Positions 1-8,887 are shown, counted from the first letter of the stretch. The stretch: DNA of 64,000 bases from Patescibacteria group bacterium UBA2773 (GCA_002352465.1 DEIN01000008.1:564-64563), one strand, 5' to 3'. The notes: generated by a model from the letters alone, not told the origin. Program-made: numbers and translations.

Positions 1-1
1 T

Positions 2-427
2 CAAGTTATTGGAGATTGGCGAAAACAATTTCCTTCAAGTTTAAAACGAATCTTAGAAGAGAATATTGAAAAAACAAAACATCATTCCAATAGTTTTTTA
101 AGTTTTATGCTGGCATATAATGGAGATGATGATATTTTAGAAGCAGTCAAAGAGATTAAAAATAAGATTTTACAAGAAGGTCGAGATTTGAAAATAACAG
201 CGGAATCTTTTAGTAATTGTCTTTTGTCTAGAGATTTGCCTCAAGTAGACTTGGTGGTCAGGACTGGAGTGGAAGCTGATCCTCATAATAGCGCTGGATT
301 TTTGATGTGGCAAACTCAAAATTCTCAACAGTATTTTTCGGATAAGCTTTTCCCGGATTTTGGGATTGAGGAGTTGGATTTAGCGGTGGAGGATTTTAAA
401 GAAAGAAGTAGGAGGTTGGGGAAATAA
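2..427 (+). CDS. uppS: Isoprenyl transferase / undecaprenyl diphosphate synthase, 5' end outside window
   Basis: Frame open from nt 2; LAYNGDDDI, VDLVVRTG, SAGFLMWQ and FSDKLFPDF match the UPP synthase C-terminal motifs. Confidence 0.85.
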   Translation, partial: QVIGDWRKQFPSSLKRILEENIEKTKHHSNSFLSFMLAYNGDDDILEAVKEIKNKILQEGRDLKITAESFSNCLLSRDLPQVDLVVRTGVEADPHNSAGFLMWQTQNSQQYFSDKLFPDFGIEELDLAVEDFKERSRRLGK

Positions 428-443
428 GGTAGTCTCAATTTCG

Positions 444-489
444 AATTTTGAATTTCGAATTTTGATTCAATTTTGAATGACTTAATTTT
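444..489. repeat. Left arm of 46-bp inverted repeat (heptamer AATTTTG periodicity) flanking the four-helix-bundle gene
   Basis: 44/46 identical to the reverse complement of 912-957. Confidence 0.9.
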
Positions 490-547
490 GAATAAATTTT
501 TAATTATTTTTGCCTACTGGCAGGCAAATAATTTCTAATTAATTAAA

Positions 548-919
548 ATGGATAAAGATAAAAGTAAAAATTTTGATTTAGAAGAAAGGACCGCTATTTT
601 TGGTGAAAATATTATTAAATTTTGTCAATCTTTAAAAAGAGATGTTATTACTAATCCATTAATAAATCAAATAATAAAATCAGCTACCAGTGTTGGCGCT
701 AATTATTGTGAAGCTAATGGAGCTAGTTCTAAAAAAGATTTTAAGAACAAAATTTATATTTGCAAAAAAGAAATTCAAGAAACTAAACATTGGCTTCGAA
801 TGATTTCAGTAGCTGTCCCAGATAAAAAGTTAGAAGCCAGAAAACTTTGGCAGGAATCGCAAGAACTAACTTTAATTTTTGGGAAAATAGTTTCTTCGCT
901 AAAAAACAATAAAAATTAA
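548..919 (+). CDS. Four helix bundle protein (23S rRNA IVS protein / TIGR02436-like)
   Basis: DLEERT..F, QIIKSATSVGANYCEA, SKKDFKNKIYICKKEIQETKHWL are family motifs. Confidence 0.9.
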   Translation: MDKDKSKNFDLEERTAIFGENIIKFCQSLKRDVITNPLINQIIKSATSVGANYCEANGASSKKDFKNKIYICKKEIQETKHWLRMISVAVPDKKLEARKLWQESQELTLIFGKIVSSLKNNKN

Positions 920-957
920 GTAATTCAAAATTGAATCAAAATTCAAAATTCAAAATT
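912..957. repeat. Right arm of the 46-bp inverted repeat, overlapping the stop codon
   Basis: Reverse complement of 444-489 with 2 mismatches. Confidence 0.9.
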
Positions 958-979
958 AATTTTTTAAATAAAAAATCAC

Positions 980-1894
980 ATGAAAGATTTGATTATAATA
1001 GGGGTTGGGCCAGCGGGGTTGGCAGCTTCAATTTATACTTCTCGGTATAATTTGGATACGTTGCTTTTGGGAGCGGAGTTAGGGGGATGTATGAATGAAA
1101 GTTATAATATTGAAAATTATCCTGGATTTTCAGCAATTTCTGGTTTTGATTTGGGGCAAAAAATGAAGGAACACGCGGAAAAATTGGGAGGGGAAATAAA
1201 ACAGGAAAAAGTTGTTGGATTGAAAAAGGAAAATGATATTTTCAAAGTGAAAACTTCGGTGAGGGAGTATGAAGCTAGGAGAGTCTTATTGGCAACGGGA
1301 ACAGTTTTTCGAAAATTGGGAATTCTGGGTGAGGATAAATTGTCGGGTCACGGAGTTTCTTATTGTGCTACTTGCGATGGTCCATTCTTTAAAGAAAAAC
1401 GAGTGGCAGTAGTAGGCGGTGGAAATTCCGCTTTGAACGCAGCTTTATTGTTGTCGCGTTATGCCAAGGAAGTAGTAGTTTTTTTTCGAGCGGAAAAGCC
1501 GAGCGCTATTCCTCGCTATATTGAAAATGCGGGCAAGAGGGAAAATGTTGTTTTGGTGCCAGAAACTAATTTAGTGGAAATAAAAGGTGAGCAAAAAGTA
1601 GAAAAAATTGTTTTGGATAAAGAGTGGCAATCTTCGCTGGAACATTCTTTTGATGGTATTTTTATTGAAGTTGGTTCTCAGCCAGATGATTTAATCTTTA
1701 AGGAATTTGACTTGGAGTTGGATAAATTTGGATATATTGCAGTTGAGCCTGATCAATCTACTAATATTGAAGGGTTGTTTGCGGCAGGAGATATTACTAC
1801 TGGTTCTAATGGTTATCGGCAAATTATTACTGCTTGTAGTGAAGGGGCGATTGCGGCGGCGGCGGTTAATGATTTGAATGAAAAGGGAAGCTAG
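980..1894 (+). CDS. trxB: Thioredoxin reductase
   Basis: GxGPAG FAD motif, SYCATCDG active site, VVGGGNSA, GLFAAGD. Confidence 0.93.
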   Translation: MKDLIIIGVGPAGLAASIYTSRYNLDTLLLGAELGGCMNESYNIENYPGFSAISGFDLGQKMKEHAEKLGGEIKQEKVVGLKKENDIFKVKTSVREYEARRVLLATGTVFRKLGILGEDKLSGHGVSYCATCDGPFFKEKRVAVVGGGNSALNAALLLSRYAKEVVVFFRAEKPSAIPRYIENAGKRENVVLVPETNLVEIKGEQKVEKIVLDKEWQSSLEHSFDGIFIEVGSQPDDLIFKEFDLELDKFGYIAVEPDQSTNIEGLFAAGDITTGSNGYRQIITACSEGAIAAAAVNDLNEKGS

Positions 1895-2280
1895 TATTAA
1901 GTATTTAGTATGGAGTATTAAGTTTGGCAATTTCAAATTTTATACTCAAAGGGCATTATAAATTTCGAATTTCGAATTTCGAATTTTGAATCAATTTTGA
2001 ATGATTTAGTTCTTGAAGACTGGATTCCAGCCTGCGTGGGGATGACAAAGACATTAAATCGTGAATGTCAAAGCTCAAATTGTTTCAAATTATTCAAATC
2101 AAATCTAAATTTTAAATTAAAAAGCAAAACCCACCCAGCCTCCCTTTAAAAAAGGGAGGGGCCCACCTGCGAGGGAATGACAAAATTAGTAGCGGGAATA
2201 ACAGAGAATTGGAATGGTGAAATTTTCCTTAGTTTCGACCGCCGTTCCACTGCGGTCGAACCTAAGGAAAATTTTTGATT
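1895..2280. repeat. Mosaic of palindromic repeats: heptamer array 1960-2005, ATTCC-N8-GGGAT element 2020-2047, CTCCCTTT/AAAGGGAG hairpin 2130-2164, long hairpin 2220-2274
   Basis: Self-complementary segments read directly; related copies elsewhere in the window. Confidence 0.75.
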
Positions 2281-2444
2281 TTAGAAGATTGAAGTTACTG
2301 CGGAATTTATAAATCTCTTGGCAGGTAAAGTTTTTTTTGTTATTCTTATTTAAGGGGTTGTTGTTGAACCCTGTTTTATTTTTAAGAAAAATTTTTAAAA
2401 TAGGTTTTTAATTAAAGTCTAAAATAATCAGTAAGTATTCGGAT

Positions 2445-2885
2445 ATGAAAATTGTTTTATTAAAAAAAGTTGAAAAGTTAGGAAATGCAGGTGAAATTAA
2501 AGAGGTTTCGGACGGATTTGCAAGTAATTATCTTATCCCTAATAAAATGGCTAAGCCAGCCACTGACAATGTTCTTAAAGAAGTAGAAAAACAAGTTGAA
2601 AGTCAAAAAGTTCAAGAAGAGATTGCGTCAATTAAAGCTAGAAAATTAATTGAAAAAATCAAAGGACAAGAATTTGAAATTGAGCAAAAAGCTAAGAACG
2701 GAAAATTATTTGGTTCGGTTAAACAAAAAAATATAGTAGCATTGGTTAATACAAAGGGTTTTGAAATAGAAGAAAAAAACGTTGTTTTTAAAAAAGCAAT
2801 TAAGGAAGTTGGCGTTTTCGATATTGAAATTAAACTTCAAGATGGAATTAGTACTACGATAAAATTGACGGTAAAGGAAAAATAA
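2445..2885 (+). CDS. rplI: 50S ribosomal protein L9
   Basis: MKIVLLKKVEKLGNAGEIKEVSDGFASNYLIP; GKLFGSV. Confidence 0.96.
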   Translation: MKIVLLKKVEKLGNAGEIKEVSDGFASNYLIPNKMAKPATDNVLKEVEKQVESQKVQEEIASIKARKLIEKIKGQEFEIEQKAKNGKLFGSVKQKNIVALVNTKGFEIEEKNVVFKKAIKEVGVFDIEIKLQDGISTTIKLTVKEK

Positions 2886-2936
2886 TTTTTTTAAAATAAG
2901 ATTAGAGGAGGGGAAATTAGTGTCGAATGTATAATC

Positions 2937-3103
2937 TTGAGTATATAGTATGAAAAAAATATTATATTCATTAAATTATTCAAAACGCTTACCTACTGGC
3001 AGACAGGCAAATTATTCTCTACCTTGGCGAGACGGGAAAATTATTCAAATCAAATCCGAATTTTAAATTAATGAACTGGATTCCTGCCTCCGCGGGAATG
3101 ACA
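2937..3103. repeat. Repeat mosaic: CCTACTGGCAGACAGG, CCTTGGCGAGACGGG, and CTGGATTCCTGCCTCCGCGGGAATGACA at 3076-3103
   Basis: Shares segments with 2020-2120, 6691-6790 and 7343-7370. Confidence 0.7.
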
Positions 3104-3146
3104 AGCGGAAAGATTGACCCTTTTTTTAATTTGTAATAAACAAAAA

Positions 3147-4796
3147 ATGTCAAAGCAAAGTCCTAAATATATATTCGTTTTTGGGGGTGTAATGTCCGGA
3201 ATCGGAAAAGGGATTTCTGCTTCGTCAATTGCTAAAATTGTTCAAGCACATAATTATAAAGTAACCTCAATTAAAATTGATCCTTATGTAAATGTTGACG
3301 CGGGGACGATGAACCCCACTGAGCATGGTGAGGTTTTTGTTTTGGCAGATGGGTTGGAAACGGATCAGGATATGGGAAATTATGAAAGATTTTTGAATAT
3401 TAAACTTCCTGGGAGTAATTATATGACTACTGGAAGTGTTTATTGGAAGGTTCTTAATAATGAAAGAAATTTAAAATATAAAGGTAAGTGTGTTCAAATT
3501 ATTCCTCACGTGACAGATGAAGTCATCCAGACTATTCAAAAATCAGCAGTCAAAAATGATGCTGACGTGGTGGTAATTGAGGTCGGTGGAACAACTGGTG
3601 ATTATGAAAATGTTTTGTTTACTGAGGCGGCGCGACAATTGAAATTAAGACATCCAGACGATGTTTTATTTGTAATGATAACTTTTGTCCCTTATCCAGT
3701 CAAAATTGGCGAAATGAAAACTAAACCAACTCAACAAGCGGCGAGATCGTTGAATGAAGCCGGAGTTCAGCCTGATATTATTATTGCCAGAGGTGAACAA
3801 GAAATTGACAAGAAGCGAAAAGAAAAAATTGCTTTATTTTGTAATATTCGAGAGGAGGCGGTTATTTCTGCTCCGGATGCTGAGTCTATTTATGAAATAC
3901 CTTTAAATTTTGAAAAAGATGGTTTAAGTTCTACTGTATTAAAAAAACTTGGATTGAAAAATGGAGGAGAGTGCGATTTAGATGATTGGCGGAAAATGGT
4001 GAAAAAAATAAAAAATGCGAAAGAAGAAGTTCGAATTGGGTTAGTTGGAAAATATTTTGGAACAGGGGATTGTGTTCTTTCGGATTCTTATATTTCGGTG
4101 ATTGAAGCTTTGAAACATGCGGCTTTTGATCAAGGAAAAAAGCCAGTTATTGATTGGATTAATGCTGAAAAATTTGAAGTGGAAGAAACTGATTTAGCAG
4201 AACTTGATAAATATGATGCATTAATAGTTCCTGGTGGATTTGGTAGTCGAGGAATAGAAGGCAAAATCAATGTGATTAAATATGCGCGAGAAAATAAAAT
4301 CCCTTATTTGGGGTTGTGCTACGGAATGCAATTAATGGTGATCGAATATGCGCGAAACGTGGTTGGGTTGAAAGACGCGAATACGGCTGAAATAAATCCG
4401 GACGCAAAATATTTAGTGGTTGATTTGATGCCAGAGCAAAAAGAGAAAATGAAAAATAGCGATTATGGTGCCACTATGCGATTAGGTGAATATCCTTGTG
4501 AAATTAAAGCCGGAACCTTGGCGAGTGAGGCTTATAAAACGGAAAATATTATGGAAAGGCATCGACATCGATATGAAGTTAATCCTGAATATATTAAGTC
4601 GTTGGAAGATGCTAATTTAATTTTTTCTGGTCAATCTCCAGACGGAAAATTAATGGAAATTGCTGAATTATCAAAGGCGGAACATCCTTTTATGCTAGGA
4701 AGTCAGTTCCATCCAGAATTTACATCAAGTCCGATGAAGCCAAATCCTTTATTCCAAGCTTTAATTAGAGCCAGCATTGAAAAAATTAAAAAATAA
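3147..4796 (+). CDS. pyrG: CTP synthase
   Basis: KYIFVFGGVMSGIGKG, KIDPYVNVDAGTMNPTEHGEVFV, GLCYGMQ, ERHRHRYE, QFHPEF; ATG at 3147 preferred over TTG at 3114. Confidence 0.97.
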   Translation: MSKQSPKYIFVFGGVMSGIGKGISASSIAKIVQAHNYKVTSIKIDPYVNVDAGTMNPTEHGEVFVLADGLETDQDMGNYERFLNIKLPGSNYMTTGSVYWKVLNNERNLKYKGKCVQIIPHVTDEVIQTIQKSAVKNDADVVVIEVGGTTGDYENVLFTEAARQLKLRHPDDVLFVMITFVPYPVKIGEMKTKPTQQAARSLNEAGVQPDIIIARGEQEIDKKRKEKIALFCNIREEAVISAPDAESIYEIPLNFEKDGLSSTVLKKLGLKNGGECDLDDWRKMVKKIKNAKEEVRIGLVGKYFGTGDCVLSDSYISVIEALKHAAFDQGKKPVIDWINAEKFEVEETDLAELDKYDALIVPGGFGSRGIEGKINVIKYARENKIPYLGLCYGMQLMVIEYARNVVGLKDANTAEINPDAKYLVVDLMPEQKEKMKNSDYGATMRLGEYPCEIKAGTLASEAYKTENIMERHRHRYEVNPEYIKSLEDANLIFSGQSPDGKLMEIAELSKAEHPFMLGSQFHPEFTSSPMKPNPLFQALIRASIEKIKK

Positions 4797-4878
4797 GTTA
4801 TGAAAAATAAAAATCCTTGAGAGCCATTTGGCAACAAGGATTTTTATTTAAAAACAGTTCTATTTTTAAAAAATATCG

Positions 4879-5151
4879 CTATCTAACTTTGACAATTTTA
4901 ACTTTTTCAATTTTTCCGGTGAATTTTTTGACTCGTTTAACGACAAATTCAACAATTCCGTCTTTCATTGCCATAATAGTGTCGTCATTACATCTTTTGG
5001 TGTTGGCTCCAGCTCGAACATTAGTTCCTCGTTGTCTAATTATAATAGAACCTGTTTTGGCCTTTTGATTACCAAAAATTTTGACACCAAGTCGTTTCGA
5101 AATCGAATCACGACCTAGTCTGGTTGAGCCTCCTGCTTTTTTCTGTGACAT
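4879..5151 (-). CDS. rpmA: 50S ribosomal protein L27
   Basis: MSQKKAGGSTRLGRDSISKRLGVK, IIIRQRGT. Confidence 0.96.
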   Translation of the reverse strand: MSQKKAGGSTRLGRDSISKRLGVKIFGNQKAKTGSIIIRQRGTNVRAGANTKRCNDDTIMAMKDGIVEFVVKRVKKFTGKIEKVKIVKVR

Positions 5152-5238
5152 ATTTTTATATAAGTGTTAGTGGAACTGTTTAAAAATTATGGTTGGTAAC
5201 AATCCCTTAATACAATAGAACAATTATAGTATTTTACA

Positions 5239-5673
5239 ATGAAAATGTCAAATATTAAAAGCTTTAAATTCTTTATAAAAACTAATCAAGAGCGTTTTTT
5301 ATTTGTGATTATTGTTATTTTAATTGCTATGATCAGTTTTAGAGCGGGGGAAGTGAGAGAAAAAGAGAAAAAATCGGCTGAGCTAAAAGTCATTCTTAAT
5401 AATCAAGTTGAAAGAAATCCAGAAGAAAAAAAGGCAATTGCATTAGGGAAAGCTATTCAAAGGAAAGGTTTAACGGAAGTAGTAGCGAGTAAAACAGAAA
5501 TAATTGGAAATAATGAGGAACAATGTCAATTTGTGGGTTCTAAAAATTCTGATAAATATCACGTAATGAGTTGTCGATGGGCAGAGCAAATAAAGCCAGA
5601 AAATAGAGTTTGTTTTCAGTCAGTGGAGGAGGCGGAGAAGATGGGGTATCAGCCGGCGAGTTGCAATAAATAG
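5239..5673 (+). CDS. Membrane-anchored protein with C-terminal Ada metal-binding-like domain
   Basis: N-terminal TM helix; FVGSKNSDKYH..C...IKPENRVCF.S.EEA...GY..ASC. Confidence 0.7.
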   Translation: MKMSNIKSFKFFIKTNQERFLFVIIVILIAMISFRAGEVREKEKKSAELKVILNNQVERNPEEKKAIALGKAIQRKGLTEVVASKTEIIGNNEEQCQFVGSKNSDKYHVMSCRWAEQIKPENRVCFQSVEEAEKMGYQPASCNK

Positions 5674-5978
5674 CAAAGCCGTTAATAATCAATGTTTAAT
5701 ATTCAACATTCATTTAATATTCAATTTTTTAATATTCAATGGGTTTTGAAAGGGAAGAAAATTTATACCCGAGGGCAATTAGTAATTTATAATTTATGCT
5801 CGAGAGTACTTTGTAATTTGTTAACAATTTATAATATCTAATTTTTCCACTTCGGCAAGCCTTAGGCGAAACGGGTCTCGTCGAGACGGGCAATTTTTAA
5901 AATACTCGCTAGAAACTAAAGTTTTGTTTATAAATTATAAATTTTAATATTAAGGTTTAAATAATTAATAGTAATCTT

Positions 5979-6692
5979 ATGGGAGGTGGAAAAAATGAAA
6001 TGATTGTGATTTCTTTGGGAGGTTCTTTGATTGTTCCAGGGGAAATTGATTGGAAATTTTTGAAAGAATTTCGAAAAGAAATTGTTAAACAAATTGAAAA
6101 AGGACGAAAATTTATTATCGTTACGGGTGGCGGTGATATTGCTCGTAAATATCAAAAAGCGGCTGGGAAAATAGCGAATTTAGAGCAGGATGATATGGAT
6201 TGGATTGGGGTTCATTCAACTCGATTAAATGCTCATTTATTGAAAACTATTTTTCGGGATTATACTCATCCAAGAATAAATAAAAATCCTCGGACTAAAG
6301 AGGATTTAATGTTGCATTTCAATGAAGGGGAAAAAATAATGGTGGCCGCTGGTTGGCGACCTGGTTGGTCAACTGATTATGTTGCAACTATTTTAGCGGA
6401 AAGATTAGGTGTAAAAAAAATGTTAAATCTTTCTAATATTAAATATGTTTATGATAAAGATCCTAAAAAATTTAAAGATGCTAAAAAAATAAAAAAGATA
6501 AACTGGGTGGATTTTAGGTTGATTGTGGGTGATGAATGGGATCCTGGATTAAATGCACCTTTTGACCCAATTGCTTCTAAGCACGCTCAAGAAATTGGGT
6601 TAGAGGTAATTGTAGCTGAAGGTCGAAACATTGAAAATTTGAGTAAAATTTTGGAAGGAGGAGAGTTTGATGGAACGGTTATTAAAGATTAG
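5979..6692 (+). CDS. pyrH: UMP kinase (archaeal-type family)
   Basis: VISLGGSLI, IVTGGGDIARKYQ, DWIGVHSTRLNA, PGWSTDYVA, DKDPKK. Confidence 0.92.
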   Translation: MGGGKNEMIVISLGGSLIVPGEIDWKFLKEFRKEIVKQIEKGRKFIIVTGGGDIARKYQKAAGKIANLEQDDMDWIGVHSTRLNAHLLKTIFRDYTHPRINKNPRTKEDLMLHFNEGEKIMVAAGWRPGWSTDYVATILAERLGVKKMLNLSNIKYVYDKDPKKFKDAKKIKKINWVDFRLIVGDEWDPGLNAPFDPIASKHAQEIGLEVIVAEGRNIENLSKILEGGEFDGTVIKD

Positions 6693-6742
6693 TATATAGT
6701 ATTTAGTCTGGAGTATGAAAAATATCATATTCATTAAATTGC

Positions 6743-6779
6743 TCAAAGCTCAAACTATTTTAAATTATTTCAAATCAAA
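6743..6779. repeat. Left arm of perfect 37-bp inverted repeat (partner 7419-7455)
   Basis: TCAAAGCTCAAACTATTTTAAATTATTTCAAATCAAA is the exact reverse complement of 7419-7455. Confidence 0.9.
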
Positions 6780-6994
6780 TTCAAATTTCAAATTTAAAAT
6801 AAAAATCCTCTCAGTCCCTCTTTGGGAAAGAGGGAGGATTGAGGAAGAAGTTTTTAGAATAATTAAATATTTTGAAAAGAAGTTAATTTAAAAGAATTGT
6901 GGTTAAAGATTGAACTGAAGTTAATATTCAATATTCAATAACCATTAAATATTCAATAGTTTTTATATACAATATTTAATTTTTAAAATAGAAC

Positions 6995-7018
6995 ATACCA
7001 TAGAACGTTCTATGGTAT
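6995..7018. promoter_or_regulatory. Perfect 24-bp palindrome, putative operator upstream of the AbrB-like gene
   Basis: ATACCATAGAACGTTCTATGGTAT, 16 nt before the ATG. Confidence 0.6.
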
Positions 7019-7034
7019 CGTCTAAATCAAAATT

Positions 7035-7199
7035 ATGGAAAAATATGAAGTGAAATTAACAAAAACTTCTAGATATAGCTATTATTTAGTTATCCCAAAG
7101 GAAATGATCAAAAAATACGGTTGGAAAGAGAAACAAAAAATGACTATCATCGACAAAGGTAGAGGAAAATTAGAGGTGTATGATTGGAAAAAAAGATAA
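7035..7199 (+). CDS. AbrB/MazE/SpoVT-family DNA-binding protein (54 aa; not in the ORF track)
   Basis: MEKYEVKLTKTSRYSYYLVIPKEMIKKYGWKEKQKMTIIDKGRGKLEVYDWKKR fits the swapped-hairpin pattern S..lxIPk....lgw..g. Confidence 0.8.
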   Translation: MEKYEVKLTKTSRYSYYLVIPKEMIKKYGWKEKQKMTIIDKGRGKLEVYDWKKR

Positions 7200-7418
7200 T
7201 TTATCAAAATAAAACTTCCACCTCGGCGAGTCCGTCTTTGCTAAAGCTGTGCCGAGGTAAGTCTTGGCGAGATGGGCTATTAAATCTGCCTGTGCCGGCA
7301 GGCAGTGGCGAGGCAAGAGTTAGGAGCATTTTTTTAATTAGACTGGATTCCCGCCTCCGCGAGAATGACAAAGAAATGGTGTGAACAATAAGTGGATTTT
7401 TGACATTTATATTTTGGT

Positions 7419-7455
7419 TTTGATTTGAAATAATTTAAAATAGTTTGAGCTTTGA
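7419..7455. repeat. Right arm of perfect 37-bp inverted repeat
   Basis: Exact reverse complement of 6743-6779. Confidence 0.9.
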
Positions 7456-7458
7456 AAT

Positions 7459-8595
7459 TTAGCTTACCTTATCTTGTCTGATGCTTAGGCCGTAGCTTTC
7501 GCTTTTTAGTTCTTTTAATTTTTCAACTGCTTGTTTCTCCTTTGATGGTAAAACTTGCAGAACTTTGTTGAGCTGAAGTTGGTTGACTTTGACGACTTGG
7601 TCCCAAAGTTTCTTTTTTTTAAGAATTTCTTTGAGTTTCTCTTCGTTGTATTTGAAAGTTTGTCGATGAGTTTTGGCGACGATTTTTCCGTTACCAAACA
7701 AGCGATCAACTTTTTCGCCTTCCATAATTTCTAGTAGATTTTTTTGAAGGGCTGAAATTTCTTTTCTAATATTTTTGGCTTCAGTTTGCAATTCTAAATA
7801 TTGTCGAATAATTGAGTTTTTTTCTTCGTCAGTGGCAGTTAGCTCTTTTTTGAATTTATGTTTCCACATTGGACAAATTTCTTGAAAATCGCACCAATCA
7901 CAAAGCGGAGAAGTTTGAGGTTCAAAATCGGAATTTTTAATTGCATCGAATAAATCAAAAATTTTCTCTTTTTCTTGAGTGAGCTGATCGAGGTTTTTGA
8001 CAGTTGAAAGTTTGGTGTCGTGCTTTAGAAAATAAAGACTTAGTTTAATTTTCTCAGGAGTTTTGGCTAGTTGAGGATATCTTTTCAAAAAAGCTAAAAG
8101 GTAAATTAAAAGTTGAAGATTGTCTTCGACGTGAGCTTGAGAGGGAAGTTTATTGGCGGTTTTGTAGTCAATGATTTCATAGCCATCGTCAGTTTTATCA
8201 ATTCGATCAATAATTCCGGAAATAAGATGGATTTCATTGTTGTGCTTTAAATCAACTGAAAAACGAGATTCAATATCGACTATTTGAAAATCGCTAGGAT
8301 TATTGTTTTTATAATAATTTTGAATTATTTTAATGCCTTGGGCAAAAGCAGCTCTTTCTCGAAATTCATTGTCAAAAACGTCTGAATTCCATTTTTGGGA
8401 AAAATGGTTTAAGGCTTCTTTTTGAGTTGGCAAAATGAAGCTTCCAGTGTGAATAAACTGCATAGTGGAGTGAATCATGCTTCCGAAGACGGCTTCAGCG
8501 GATTTTTTGCCAGTTCTGATTTTATCAATTGCACTGAATTTGTAGCGAAGAGGGCAAGTTTGAAAGGAATTTAGGGCGGAGTAAGAGGTTTTCAT
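7459..8595 (-). CDS. PD-(D/E)XK nuclease family protein (RecB/AddB/Cas4-like) with coiled-coil C-terminus
   Basis: SYSALNSFQTCPLRY, G..IH, GIIDRID, IIDYKT, QL.IY, CDWCDFQEIC. Confidence 0.85.
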   Translation of the reverse strand: MKTSYSALNSFQTCPLRYKFSAIDKIRTGKKSAEAVFGSMIHSTMQFIHTGSFILPTQKEALNHFSQKWNSDVFDNEFRERAAFAQGIKIIQNYYKNNNPSDFQIVDIESRFSVDLKHNNEIHLISGIIDRIDKTDDGYEIIDYKTANKLPSQAHVEDNLQLLIYLLAFLKRYPQLAKTPEKIKLSLYFLKHDTKLSTVKNLDQLTQEKEKIFDLFDAIKNSDFEPQTSPLCDWCDFQEICPMWKHKFKKELTATDEEKNSIIRQYLELQTEAKNIRKEISALQKNLLEIMEGEKVDRLFGNGKIVAKTHRQTFKYNEEKLKEILKKKKLWDQVVKVNQLQLNKVLQVLPSKEKQAVEKLKELKSESYGLSIRQDKVS

Positions 8596-8859
8596 GGGCG
8601 AGTTTAAAAGTTAGAAAGTTAAAAGTTTAGAAAGTTGGCAAGTTTGGCAAGTTTGTAAAGTTTGGCGGATTGAAAATTTTAAATCAATTTTCAATGATTT
8701 AATTTACAATTCAAATGCAAGTCGATGGTATTTCAATTGCGAGCAGGATGCAAGTCAAAATGTTTTAAGATTAAAGAACTGCTTTGGAAGGACAGGAAAA
8801 TTGGAGAGGAAAATTTTAAGATTTGGACAGTTAGTTGGTTGATATTCAATTAAGATATG

Positions 8860-8887
8860 AAGTCGCACAATGTATATTTTGCGACAT
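8860..8887. other. Putative dif (chromosome dimer resolution) site with near-symmetric arms
   Basis: AAGTCGCACAA-TGTATA-TTTTGCGACAT has 11-6-11 spacing and the same TGTATA spacer as E. coli dif; lies at the gene-orientation switch. Confidence 0.65.

Noticed and set aside
548-919. Diversity-generating retroelement (Avd-like gene)
   Set aside because: No reverse transcriptase and no TR/VR pair with A-specific mismatches seen in the window
7184-7384. 66-aa ORF from the track
   Set aside because: It is a translation of stacked palindromic repeats (LDSRLREND is the ATTCCC..GAAT element) and overlaps the AbrB-like gene
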